Source of the DNA: Lama glama
Lineage: Eukaryota
Assembly (NCBI GenBank): GCA_028534125.1
Contig: CM052832.1
Coordinates: forward strand, 13,580,001-13,644,000
Reading direction: 5' to 3'
DNA: 64,000 nt
This document shows positions 26,945 to 39,967 of this stretch, one piece after another. The notes below the pieces were generated by a model. It did no database searches and was not told the DNA's origin. It worked only from the letters and a program-made list of their open reading frames with translations. Each line of letters opens with the position of its first letter. Position 1 is the stretch's first letter. Made by a program: the position numbers and the translations under genes.

Positions 26945-27605
26945 TGAAACTGAGCAGGACTCTTTAGGACCCTCTCAGGTGTAGGAGCCCCCCTCCCAGG
27001 TCCCCCATCTCTTGAATTAAAATCTTTGCTTCAAGCCTCCCCTCAGTCTCAGAAGGCCGGCTCAAGAGTTAACGATTAGGAAATGTGAACACACAGAAAC
27101 AAAGAATAGCTGTTGGGTTGGGAAACTGGTAACAATTTAGACTATAAATCAGCCACACAGCAGAGTCACTGAACTCCCAGCTCCCTGAAAGATAGAGATA
27201 ACAAGGTCTGGCACACATTCCTAAGTTGTTTTTATAGAAACCAGACCCCTACCCCCCTCCTTCCCTGCCATGAAAACTGCTGATGAAAACACCTGAGGCT
27301 GGTTGGGACCAGGAGGTTGAAGACATTGACTCCTGAAACAACATAACCCTGTTACTTCATCACCAACCAATCAGAAGAATATCCTCGAGCTGATCAGGCA
27401 CCCTGCAATCCACACCCCTAATGTTGCCTTTAAAAATCTTTTCCTGAAAACCGTCAGGGAGTTTGGATCTTTTGAGCATTCGCTGCCCGTTCTCCTTGCA
27501 CAGTGCCTGCAACAAACACTGTCCTTTCCTTCACTACAACCTGGTGTCAGTTGATTAGCTTTGCTGTCTGTCAGTTGAGTGGACCCAAATTCAGGTTCAG
27601 TAACA
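26945..27605 (+). mobile_element. Solo ERV1-like LTR
   Basis: TG...CA termini (TGAAAC...GTAACA), 4-bp flanks ggaa/ggag, internal CCAAT (accaatcag), TATA-like tttaaaa and a degenerate polyA signal (aacaaa) in LTR order. Confidence 0.8.
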
Positions 27606-29780
27606 GGAGCTAAAATCCTCAGAGAATTAGTAAAATAGTGACAGTGGTGGAGTCATATATAATAGGTGTGACTGAATGTTACTTTTGGGGAAAAACTCTT
27701 GTTTTTAAGAACTACAGAGAGGGACAGAGCTGTTTATGGAGTGAAAAGCAGGCCTGAGCATCAAAAGATTGAAAAATACTTGGGAATATCTTGTTTTATT
27801 GAGGATCAAAGCTGTCAGCTTAAGGTATATAGCCCTACTTGTGCAACCCTAAGCAGCCCTAAACTAGTGAGAAGGTGTTTAGGTTTTTAACAGATGAAGG
27901 ACCTTCCTGTCATCCCTGAAATACCAAGGAAAGAGCCACCATTTCGGCAGAGGCTTTAGATAATATTATAATGATAATTTATTAGCATCATATATTAAAC
28001 ATCACTGATTAAGAAGCAAAGGTGTAGATGAGTTAAGAAAGTGGGCTTTGCCAAGCTCTGCTTCTTACCACTCATTTAACGTCACCTGTAGCACAGGGAT
28101 AATAAGGGCACCTACCCTTTTGGTTTCTGAGAAGTAAATGTGCTAGTATGTCCAGAGGTTGCCTGGAACGTGTGAGGACTTGACAAATGTTGGCTAGATA
28201 TTCTAATCTTTCTAATCGTTGTTGGCAAATAAACCAGAAAATAAAATCAGGCTTTGAAGGCCCCGGCCATTAGTATTTCTGTGTATGAAAAAACAGCCAG
28301 AGAGTAAGGCTGAGATAAGAGTCCTACCTCCGCTAATCACGTGACCTTGTACAAGTTACTCAAACTCTCTGAGGCTCAGTTTCAGGGTGAAAGAGACATG
28401 ATAATGTGGTAATACCTCCAACCCACCTGGACTATTGGGAGACTGAGAATAATGAGTTTAAAGTGCTTAGCTGAAAAATGGTTGCTGGAGCTGTTTCACC
28501 AGCCAGGGCTTCCTACTCCCCAGATTAGCTTCCAAACTTCCTGGAGGACACGTGCAGGTCATCTTTTCCTTTCACATATGATGCTCCAGGCACCCAGCCC
28601 ATGGGAACCCTGTGCCTTCAGGATACCAGGTCAAAGCAGTGTGTGTTAGGGACTAGAGTTGAGGGGGGTGTCCTGAGTCAAATGCAACACAATGCTTCCT
28701 TCACGCTTCCTCCCAAAGAAAGAATCCTGCAGACCAGCTGCTGGGCTCTCTGCTGAACCCCACATCCCATCATCCTAGGCTGCATTCTTTACTCAGCAAT
28801 TAAAAACAATTCTCAAACCTAAATGTGCATCTGAATTGCTGCAAATCAGATTCCTGGGCCCACCCTAAGACCTCACTTTGCCCACTGAGGCCTCTAAGAT
28901 GGAGCTCCAGTCACATCTCCAGCGCCCAGTCCCACAACCTTTACACTCATGTCTCTCCCCAAATTACTCACTGATTCTCAAGCACACTCAAACCTTTCCA
29001 CGTTCAGCCTCCAGTCTTCTGATTTCAAGGGTCTTCCTATCAAGAGAGATTACCCCACTTGCCTTTTAAATGATGCCTATCTTGATAGATACAACTCAAC
29101 TATCTCCTCCCCCAGGAAGCCCCTCCAATTTGGGCTTCCTTCGCCTTCCTCTGGGTGCTGTCAGACCCTTGCATCTACCATAGTTATTAGCATGGCATCT
29201 TGAATTAGAAGTCCTTGATAACAAGGAAAACTATGACCCACAAGTGCATGAACATCGGCCCCACTCTGTCCCAAGCACCAAAGAAGTGTCACTGTCCTCC
29301 TTTTATAAAGAAATGAGGCCCAGGCACATGGAGGTTTGCCTGGGCAGCCCAGCTAATAGGTGCTGGGCTGGGAACTGTCCTATGTCTTCTTGGTTGTTTT
29401 GTGTATCTGTTGCCCTGCCTGCTCTGAGACTATCCACTCTGTGAGGGCTGCCATCAGCTTTCTTTTCCTCTCCTTCAGGGCCAGGCAAAGTCTGGCTCCT
29501 TGGGGAATACTATTTCTTGAGATGGGGACAGCTGTAGGAAGGAGGAGCTGGGCTAGGACCACCCGTGAGGAATTTGTGTGAAGGTGGGGGGAGTAAAGGG
29601 GAAACAGGTTGGTTCAGAGAAAAGGGGGGAAGATGAGCATAAGCACCTCAGAGAAAAGGTGCTGTGGTGAAACCTGACAGGGCAGATACAGTTTCCATCC
29701 TGGAGAAGTGGAGGAATTAAGGGAATTTGCCAGAAACAGGTATGTGCCAGGCCAGAGGGGAGCAAAATTTGTCTTCCATT

Positions 29781-29987
29781 AACAGATACACACTACTATA
29801 TATAAAATAGATAAACAAGGACCTACTGTATAGCATGAAGATCTATATTCAGTTTCTTGGAATAAATTATAATACAAAGGAATCTGAAAATAAATTATAT
29901 GTATGTATACGTACAACTGAATCACTTTGTTGTACACCTGAAACTGATGTAATTCAACTACACTTCAATAAAAAATTAAAATAAAAA
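29781..29987 (+). mobile_element. 5'-truncated L1 3' end with degenerate TSD
   Basis: aacagatacacactactatatataaaatagataaacaaggacctactgtatagca...aataaa plus A tail. Flanked by aaaatttgtcttccatt (29764-29780) and aagaactgtcttgcatt (29988-30004), 13/17 identical. Confidence 0.85.
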
Positions 29988-30009
29988 AAGAACTGTCTTG
30001 CATTTTCAT

Positions 30010-31320
30010 CCAAACGTCTCAGAAGGTTCCAGGTAAGAAACCTAGATATAGACTCGCCCACATACAGATGCACTTTACCACTGATATACAAAGCTATTCA
30101 TTGCAGAATTGACTGTAAAACACTAGAGCCAATTTAATGTCTATCAGTAAGGAATTGCTTAAATCAGTCAGATTTTCATATGATAGAACATTCTCCAGCT
30201 CAAGAAAGAAAGAGGAAGTCCTTACTGCTCCGATATGGAACAATCACCAAAGTACATTTTAAGTAAAAAATGCAACGTGCATAATTAGAGAAATAAAATG
30301 TAAACAACGAGTTACAATCTCGCACGATCAGTCTGGAAAATCTTAAAAACTTACAATGCAAGCGTCGGCGAGGAGTGAAGCAAAGCGAACTCTCAAACAG
30401 CTGGAAAGCGTGTGAATTAAAACCACCACTCTGGGAAGCAGTTTGCCTTCAAGTTGACGATGTGTGTTCTAGGCCCCCGCAAGCGCCCCCAGGGAAATCT
30501 TTACCCTAACCAACCCCCCAAACACATACACCAGGAAAAACAATCAAGAACATTCACACCAGTGCTGTTGCTAGAAGCGAAAAATTGGAAGCAACCCAAA
30601 TGTCCTTAAATAGCATAATGAAAAATTAATTGTGGTATCTTCCTACAGTGGAATTCCATACCAGAGTGCAAGTGACTGTATCAGGGCCAATGAGTCTCAG
30701 GACTGTAATCTAATCATGGGTGGGATGCAAGCAAGCGGTAGATTTCATGCAGTACACTTCCTTCTCTTCAAAATCCAGAAAGTGTGAGACACTACACAAT
30801 ATTTATTGTATGGTGATATAAATATAAGGCAGAGGTGGGAAAAAAGCATAATAGAAAAACAAAGCATGATAAGCATAACATTCAGGACAGTATTTAGGGG
30901 AAGAAAAAGTGGGGCTGGAAAGGGCCACTTAGAGGATTTTAAAAGCCCTGCTTCTTTGTCAGGACAGGTGTTAGGTACCAGGTAGCTTATTGTATTGTGG
31001 GTTTTTTTTTTTAATTTATACATATTGTATAACTACTATTTTTGTCTACTCACTATTTAACAAAAACAATTTTTAAAAATGAGGCCTAGACCAATATGAA
31101 CAGTATGATACCACTTGTATAAAAGAGGGAACACATACACACAGGTGCACACATACGCTGATACTAAACTACCTCTGGGAAGTTACACATGTAACTGATA
31201 AAACTGATTGCTTCTGGGAAGAGAATTAGAAGGCTGGGGACAAGGAGGGAGATTTTCTTGAATTTTTAAAATTTTGAATCACATAAATCAACTGAAGTTA
31301 AAAATAATAAATAATAATAA
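30010..31320 (+). mobile_element. Old L1 fragments (L1M-type 3' regions)
   Basis: L1 3' motifs aattggaagcaacccaaatgtcc and aattgtggtatcttcctacagtggaat; boundaries approximate. Confidence 0.7.
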
Positions 31321-34300
31321 AATTTGAAGAGAGGCTGAGAGAGGGAGTCAGAAAGGGGAGGGAGAAGGGAAGGGAGAGTGTAAGGGAGGGAGGAGGAATG
31401 TCTGGGTTCTGGCAGCCAAAACCATCCAAGCCAAGAATCACAAGTGGAGCCAGAAGCCCTGTGGGATGGCCCAGGGAGGTCTATGTCCTCCTCCCTCAGC
31501 CCAGGCCGACCCGACCACGCTCTTACGCCTAAGGACAGAGTTGGCTTCACATGGTTGCCCACATCAATTGGGCTCAGCAATCTTGTTTCTAGAGCTTTGT
31601 TTCCAAACAAGGCTCCCTCCCTGGGTCTCTTCACCTGACCCTACGGTCTTATCTCAGACCTTCACCCACCTGTGATCTGAGTAATTCTTTTGAAGTCACT
31701 CCAGTAAGCCTTCATCCTTGATGGCTCTGAAGTGTGTGTCTGTGTCACCAAGGTCAGCCAACAGGAAATAGGCCATTTTCATCCCCTCTTTAATCCTCCC
31801 CTCAAGGACCCAGTGTCCTTTGCTCTACTGCCTCATCAAAACCTGCCCACACATTCTTTATCTCCACACGACACCAATAACTCAAAGGAAACGGGGATCA
31901 TGGGCAAGTCTCCAAGGATCATGGCCTTGCAGGCATCAGCCAGCGGGCAAGAAAAGTTTTGGACACAATGTGCAAGGGATGCCTTATGCCCTGCTTGTGC
32001 ACGGGTTTCCTGAAGACTGAAGTGTCCCCAGCATGGGTCTGCATTAGTGAGGAGGCCTCTGAGGCTGGGCTCCGTCCCCCAGAGCACAACCACCAGGGGT
32101 GAGGAGGAGGGGGCCGAGGAGGGGGCCCAGGAGGGCTGTCTTACTCTGAATTGAGAAGTACCTTATTCTCCAAACAGCCAAAGCAGGAATCTGGCTGGGC
32201 ACCATAGTACAGCTCTCCTATCTCATCCAGCCCCTAAATGGGGGTGGGGGTTCCCCAGCTGGGCTAGGCGGACACCGACTGGGAAGGAACATGAGGAACT
32301 TTCTGTGGCACTGGAAATGCTCTGTATTTTGATCTGGGTGGTGGTTTCATGGATGGATACATATGTAAAAATTCATGGAGATTAAACTTACAGTCTGTGG
32401 ACCTTAATTATTATATGTAAAGGTATACTGAAAACAACAAAAATATTATTGGTCTGAAGTTCCATTGCTCCAGCCCCCTGACCTGACTACTCAGCTGCTG
32501 GTTTTGCCTTCAGAAGAGTGTGTCCATCACTCTTGGAGTGACTTTTTATGCCAGGTGCTGGTGGCTGTCCCAGAGGGCAGAGAGTGGGAACTTCTCAAGC
32601 TGGAGAAGAAAATATATGAAGTTTGGGGGCCTCCTCACTCAAAGGTGTTTGAACATGTGGTGGAATTTGGTCCAGGAATTATTTGAGGGAATTATACCCT
32701 AGCAAAGTTCTTGGGATAGAGATATTTAGCTCCCATTCAATTTCAACTGCAAGAGACTACAAAACAAAGGGAAAAAATAGAACAACAATAACAGGCAATG
32801 GTTGGCTTAGGCCGGTTCATGATACTCGGCAAGTGAGGAAAAGTTAAACTGGGGCGGAGGAGCTGTTGGGCCTTGTGTTCCAGTCATGCCGAGAGCTTCC
32901 GCAGTGATGGCAGACAGCTCCCTGCTGATCCCTCAGCTCCCTAGTACAAGAAACTAAACACACACTCTACCAAGAAAACACATGAGACTGTCAGGAATTA
33001 CATTAAAATGGTGGAAATAGTTATTTCTGGGTAATCAGAAGTCTTACTTTCTCCTTTGCACTTTAAAAAAAATTTTCAAATTAGATAGCAAAGAGTAAGT
33101 TTATAGTCTCTCGTGACCAGCTCAGATAAAAACCTTCGGGGGGTCCTTCTGGACTGTGAAGCTGGCAGGAGAGGCCCTCCCCTGGGCCTATGTGCATCCT
33201 ACACTCTTGCCCATCAGGAACCATCAATGTTGCATCCCTCAAACTGCCTCTAGGTCCCCAAAAGGGTCCAGTACAAAGCAGAAAGGAGGAGGAAGGAACT
33301 CAGACACTGCTTCAGAAGCAAGGGGAGTTAGACTGAAACCCACTACTTCCCACCAGCCTAACAGGTGCCAAGCAGAGGACCCACAATGTTCTTTGAAATA
33401 ACAACACAACCCTTATGAAATTGGGAATAATAAGCTTTTTCTACTTCATGTAGCCTGGGAGTCCTGGCCCTCTTAAGAATATTAAAATTGTAGAGAATAC
33501 TAATCTCTCTATACAATATAAACAATATAGTATGCAATATATAAAAATAACATATTAATACATTTTAAATATACAAAAAAACCTATATATACACACACAT
33601 ACATACATATATTTTTTCTTTCCACGCTTGAAGGAAAAGGATAAGCAGAAGGGCACCCTCAAGTGCTTAGGTCGAGTTACAGGTCCCCCCCCAGCTCTGG
33701 CCCAGCAGACACACACCTCTCTGGCCCCTCTTCCCCACCACATGGTGAGGCAGAAACATCTTCTCCATCTTTTGGAGAAACCATTTCCCTCTCCCAAAGA
33801 CCTCCTTCCCTCGGCAAAGGCCAGACTGGCTGCAGCTGGCAGGACCAGATGTCCCCACACTCTGCCCTACATATACCGTGGGAGGGCTTGCAGAGCCAGG
33901 AAGACAAGACCCCTGAACTGTATTTCCCTTCAGTACCTGTCCTAGAGCCTGGCAGTCTTCTCTCAAAGGCAAAGCTCACAGATAAGCCAGGCCAGGAGAG
34001 CCTGTCTGAAAGGCAAATTCACACTCAAGTGTTAATGGCAACTACTACATTAATGGAAGTGGCCAAGCTGACCAGGGTTTTGGCAAATGCTTTTAATGAT
34101 ATTTTTAAACGTGTTTGGAAAGTTGAGATTTTCTATTCCTGGTCAGAGTGTCCCTATATGCTCCAGTATCATAATATTTTAGACCTGAGTCCATGATTTT
34201 TAATCACAACATTGATAAAATTCATTAAGGAAGCTTCTACTCACCTCAAGGGCTCTGAATATGTGGGTGTGAGAAGAGCAGAGTGCTGAGTTCTGGGTTC

Positions 34301-36078
34301 TGGTCCTGCCCTGCCTCTTCCTGCTCTGTGATGCTGAGCACACCTGACGTGCCTCTCTCTGTGAAATGAGTTGGGGGTGATGGGGTTGCTGGATGATCCT
34401 TAGGGCTTGACACTCTCTGCATGAGGCCCCCCCTGGGGGCAAGACCCCTCTGAAGGTGCTGTTTCCATCCTCTGTCTCCCAACCCCAGCTTCTAAATGTA
34501 AGGGGCCTGCCTCAGCCCCGTCCCTCCCCCTTTCTCTTTGGCCATTCTCCTAACTGTCCTGCTGGGCTCCAGTGGCCCCACATTTCCATCATCTCTTCCT
34601 ACCTTCCACTCGAACTTCAGGCCCAGTCCCATCTGCTTGCTGGGGGTTTTCCTCAGATGTCCTGTAAGCGACACAAACTCATCAAACATTAAACTCTTCC
34701 TCTTCACCCACGAACCCAGTGCTGGTCCCTCCAGCCACACAATGACCCTGCCTTAACACTCCTTTTTGACTCTGATGTCTAATTAGTTGCCAAGTTCCAA
34801 TCAAGGCTCTTCCCTATGCAAAGGCCTTCAATGGATACTGTCACCTACCATGTACTAATGCCTTGCCCTGGCTTCAGTGTCCTCTATTAAGGCAGTCTCA
34901 GAGAGGTCCAGTACCATGCTTGAGGACACACAGCAATTGAGTGACAGGGGTCTTAATCCCAACACACTGCCTTGCCACCTAAATGAAACAGGATGGTGGT
35001 TAGCCCAGAGTCGGAATACGCACCATACCTCCCTGAGGCCTCTTTTTGCTTAAACTGCTTCATCTACTTCTCTTTTTATCCTCACCTGCTAAAATCCTAC
35101 CCATCCGGTCATTTTCCCTTTATTTCCAAAATGTTTTATATGGTGAGCTTGTAATTTCCTTCTAAATTGTTTTTATAATTCAAAACATAAGTTCATGTAT
35201 AGGGATTTTTAACCCCATTTTCTAAGGCTTGAACTAATTGCTTCATTCTTCTGGAAGCCTTTTCAGAGTTGTCTGTGATAAATCAGGTTGTTAGCGTCCT
35301 GACACTAGAGATGTGCAGTTTTGCACCCCCAACATGTAACACAAGGACTATCAGTACATTAGACATACTCTATCAATGCTATACCAGATTGAGAACCTTC
35401 ACACTTTAGTGACTTCATTGACAAGAATTTCAAAGATCCTGTGGAGGAGGTGATCGGGAGACTCCTGTGTCCTCCAGCCATACCACTGAGACACTTAACT
35501 CCCAGTCAAGCACAGAAGCATGGTAACATGGCCTGTTTTCTTGCCTGAAAAATGAAGAGCAGGCAGGCTCAACTCAACCTTCCAGCTCTGAAAGCTCAGC
35601 TCATGCTGTGCGTCTCCCTGTGTCCCGGCTCCTTTATAGAATGGGGACGGCAATAACAGCAAAGGAGGCGGAAGCAGCCTAGAGTCTCCAACTCTGTGAG
35701 CCTGGTGAACAGTTGCCCAAGATGTCCAAAGGGCCACTTTTCCCACTGAATGAGGGGCAGAGGCTCCTAAAGGAACAAGACCACAGGGAAGCCAAAGAGT
35801 GGGAAGTAGGCTGGACTGTCCACAGCTCCCAGAAGGCGAAGCTGTTGGGGAGGAAAACGTCAGAACCCACCTTCACACCCCTCTCAGGGGTCCAAGATAC
35901 AGATGGGCAGGCAGACAGACAGAGCCCTCTCCAGCTGGAGTCTGCAACTGCTAGACAACCCCATTCTTAATGGCCCCTGGCTTCCTGGGACAAGGGGAAA
36001 GCTGCAGACATTAGGAACAGAAGGGCAGGCCCCACTGATGACTTCAAACACACACAGCAACTGCTGCCCATTAGAACA

Positions 36079-36084
36079 TTTATT
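36079..36084 (-). terminator. Likely main BRPF3 polyadenylation signal
   Basis: AATAAA on the minus strand followed about 20 nt downstream by the GU-rich element TTGCTGTGTGTGTTTG. Confidence 0.65.
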
Positions 36085-36439
36085 TCTCAGAGAGAAAATA
36101 AGTTTCAGACAGTCATATTATAGTAGGTAAAATTAACTTTTGTATTCTTTACAAGCATAGATTTTTCTCTGTTTATTACCTCTCTTATACCATCTGTTAT
36201 AAACAATTCTAGAAAGCAAATAAAGTCACTTTCTACAATAAATAGAGCATCGTGTGCTTCACAGCAGATGCGACTGAGACACACAGGCCCCACGCCACAG
36301 CAGGATCTGAGCCGTTTCCTGTTCTAAAAGAGCAGTTTTAAAAATGAGACTCAGAGAGAGACTGAAAGATTCAAAGAGATTGAAAAAAACAGAGAAAGAC
36401 TAAGAAAGAGAAAGGGTTTAGGGGAAGAAAGGAAGAAAG

Positions 36440-36468
36440 AGACACAGAAAGAGAGAGAGAGAGAGAAA
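36440..36468. repeat. (GA)n microsatellite in the BRPF3 3'UTR
   Basis: gagagagagagagaga run within a purine-rich tract. Confidence 0.85.
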
Positions 36469-38267
36469 GCCCCGAGATCTTACAACACAGGTTGAGACAA
36501 AGGTCACAGAGTCCACAGCCGACTACCTGGGGAGAGGGGGGACGCACTGGCTCCTTTAAATAAACCACACTGTGTGCATTTAAAATACTCAGCCACACAA
36601 TGGAGGACTCCAGGAATGGAAGCTATAGGCCTGAATAATTTAGAACAGTATTTTACAATTATATACACCATGTCCTTCCCTAGCCATATGCTGTAATGTA
36701 GTTTTATTATTGTACAAAAGACAAAACCCCATCCTTTATGTTATAGAGAGAGTTTTGTTGATTCCCTTTTAAACTCTGGCTCGTGTCCCAAATGTATAAG
36801 AAGTCGTGGCGGTTGGTTGGTTGTATTTTTAAAAAGTCACGTGTGTAAAAATGGCAGTGATCTCCCCAGGGACTGCGTTTTGTCCAAAACTCCCCTATGA
36901 AAAATTTAAAACAATTAAAAAGAACGTCAGGTTAAAAATCAACATGGCGATCAGTGGCCTGCAACCTGGCCCTGCGACTTTGGTGTTTGAGAGGTGAAAA
37001 GAAACATCCAGAGAACAGACATCAAAGCCTCTGAAAGTTGTGTTGGTTTGTCAGTCAGCATTTCTCATTTCACAGTTTTTTTTTTTTTCCCTTCTGTTTT
37101 TGAGAAGGTAAAGGTGGAGAGGGGGTTGAAGGAAAAGCGGGAAGGGGACAGAGGGTTTGAAATAAAAGCAATGCGTTCACTGGAGTTCGGAGCAGCAGAG
37201 GCTGGGCAGGGCAGAGCATAGGACAGAAGACGCTGGACTGGAGGCACCATGCCGTCCATGGTGGTGGAGACTGATGCTGGAGGCTGCAGTTGCAGAGGAG
37301 ACTATAGCAGGGGTGAAAGAGTAGACCCAGCCGAAGGGCACAGCTCCACCCCAACAACCCTCAGAATCCAAGTGGACAGATGAACACTCATACAACCAGT
37401 CTGGTCTGCTGACCAGGAGCCTGCCAAGCCTGAGCCCACCTCACGGCAAGACAAAAGCGGGCAGGAGGAGCCCTGTCTCAATTCATGGGGGCAAGTTCTC
37501 ACAGCCTGGCCTCAGCTGTTTGTCTGAAGCAGATATGAAGGTAGGGGGTGGTGTGCTGGTGAAGGCGTCACCCAAGTGGTAGGCTGGCCTCTGTCCTGGG
37601 CCTTGAGGAGCCAGGTGGAGGCACCCACCTAGCATAGCAGCTGGCCTCAAAGGGAATGAGACATAAAAAGAAAAAGATCAGTTTGGTGATGGTTTTTGTC
37701 AGTTTGGCACAAGAGAAAGGAACATGGGAAAAAGAGAGACTGGGCAGAGATGCAGAGAAGATGGGACTGGGAAGAGGTATGAGGATGGGTGATGGAGGGA
37801 AAGAGAGGGTGAGCTCTGTGAGACTTCCCGCAGGACCCAAGTATATCCACAGCACCTCTGGGCTCAGTGTCAGAGCCTTGCTCACCTTGAGGTGTAGTTA
37901 GTTGGGAGTGGGGTGAGGGGGCCAGGCACACCCTTGAGAAAGAGCCCAGGATCTCTTGCTTCTGGGGCCAGGTCTATCTCCTAGGCCGAGCCCAAGCCTC
38001 ACAGCTGTTTCTACTTCTAACTGGTTCTTCAGTGGACCAGCCCCTGAGGGAGCTCAGGTGGGAGTTTTTGGCACACAGCAGGCCCGCGAGGGGAACCATA
38101 CAGTTGGTCAAAACTGGGGCCTTGCCCTTGGGGAGGACACAGCCCAGTCCCCAGCCTGCCATGGAAGAGGGGAGCTGCTGGCCACACATCTGGCTGGGGC
38201 AGGAAGAGGTTTCTCTGTGCCCTGCGGGATGGAGGCAGGGCAGGCAGATGCAGGCCAGGCCCCGCCC

Positions 38268-38451
38268 TTACAGGTAGCTGGAGGTGACAAAGGAGTGGGG
38301 CCCCCGCACTCGGCTCAGGTGGATCATCGCGCGGTCATAGGCCACCTGCACTGACTTGCGGATGCTGGTCTTGCGGCCTTCCAGCATCTTGAGCTTGTCC
38401 ACAGTATCTTCCACACCCAGGGGCAGGACTTTGTCCCTTGGAAGCCACTGC
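38268..38451 (-). CDS. BRPF3: BRPF3 last coding exon (184 nt including TAA)
   Basis: [60 protein letters not shown]; tag|G acceptor. Confidence 0.96.
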
Positions 38452-39812
38452 CTAAAATATAAGCACAGTAAGAGGCCTGGGCCATGGTGGGTCCCACAGG
38501 AGGGCTCCTCTAAACCCACTTGCCCAGTACCAGTAGTCAGTGAGAGGGGACAGGGCAGAAGAGGGAAGACTGGGACACCACAGGTAGGAGGCCACCAAGG
38601 GGACTTGTTTTGCAGCCAGGCCCTTTCCTGGGCTCCAGGACGCTCAGTCAGTTTAATGGGTTGTCAGGCCTTGGAGCAGAGGGAAGCCTCTGTGCCCCCT
38701 GGGAGACCAGCTGAGCCATCTGAAGGGCTCTGAGCCTCGCCCTGCCTTGGGGAGTCAGGGCATTATGGCTAGGAAGTGGAGCTGATGCCAGGAATCATGA
38801 ACTGATCTCTGGTGGGGCCAGCACCTGGTGCTTTTAAAAAGGTCCCGGGATGAATCTAACATGTAGCTAAGAGCCCAGCCTTTGAAGCCAGATCTTAGTT
38901 TGTATCTCAGTTCTGGCTATGGGGTCTTGGTTTTCTGAGCCTCAGCTTTCTCATCTGCAAAATGGATTGGGATAGAATTAATGAAGATTTAAATGAGGAT
39001 CAAACGAAATCATGTATGTAAAGCAATCTGCATAAGGACATAGAGTAAACGCTCAATAAGTGGCGGCTATTATTATTATTTTTATTAGCTAGTCCTGCCT
39101 CCTCACTCTATAGAAGCAGAGGTGAAAGAAGCCTCCTGCTGGAGTTTGTAAACCACGAGCAAAAAAGCCACTTGTGGAGGACCCTGTGCTGTCCCAAACA
39201 CCCTGCCCAGCACTGAGACATGCATTCTGGCAGCCACTGGGAGTGTTGGCAGATTACAGGCTCTCAACTGAGTCCCTCTCCAGAAATCTCCCTCCACAAA
39301 GGTCACCCCACTCCCTAGTGGCAGCCAGCATTCATGACTGGTTGACATGGGGGTACAAAGGCACAGCCCCAATTCCTGATATCTTTAATGAGCCACCCAG
39401 CTCCAGAGCTCCCCACGGGATCAGCTGAGGCCTCTGCAGCAAGTGTGCTGCAGGTCAGCTTCTTCCTCCGCCCCACGCTGCAGCCCTCACCCACCCCCCA
39501 GCTCTCCCCAGTAAGCCTCCTAATACAACTCTCCTACTCAAGAGTGTTTCCCAGGGAGTTGGATCTGCAACACCTCTCAGTCACTATTAACATTATTAAG
39601 CAGTGTTATTAGTAATACTAAGTTACTATTAACATGGCAAGTGCGGGCTAACTGCTGGCAAGTAACCCCTCACCTTCACCTGGGAAGAGGCAGGTGACTG
39701 AGTCCACTGCCCCTCTATGTACTTCTCCAGTACATCAGCATTAGAACATCCTTCCAGTTGTGCCCCTCAGCCTGCATCCTGGTGCACCCTCCCAGCAGCA
39801 GCACTCACTCAC

Positions 39813-39967
39813 CAGGTGCGTTTGTTGTCAAAAAAGAGGACAAGGAAGAGCTTCTCTCCAGCCTCGGCCTGTTTCTGCTCTCCCAGCTTCAGCACATCCA
39901 GTGGGGGGACAGGGATGGGGACACCATTGTGCAGGAGGCCCTCCCGGGGCATCTTGGGATCGATGAT
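39813..39967 (-). CDS. BRPF3: BRPF3 exon 12 (155 nt), PWWP domain
   Basis: [51 protein letters not shown](W); cag|ATC acceptor, CTG|GTGAGT donor. Confidence 0.96.

Larger units (their letters stand above)
36060..38267 (-). other. BRPF3: BRPF3 3'UTR (end approximate)
   Basis: Largely repeat-free sequence after the stop, becoming U-rich on the minus strand, with AATAAA hexamers at 36703-36708, 36172-36177 and 36079-36084. Confidence 0.8.

Noticed and set aside
33555..34196. 177-aa ORF (33663-34196) and neighbours as a new gene
   Set aside because: No domain similarity, non-ATG start, no supporting exon structure; composition is UTR-like.
36941..36949. YY1-like AACATGGCG as a promoter element
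   Set aside because: A single short motif inside the BRPF3 3'UTR with no other promoter evidence.
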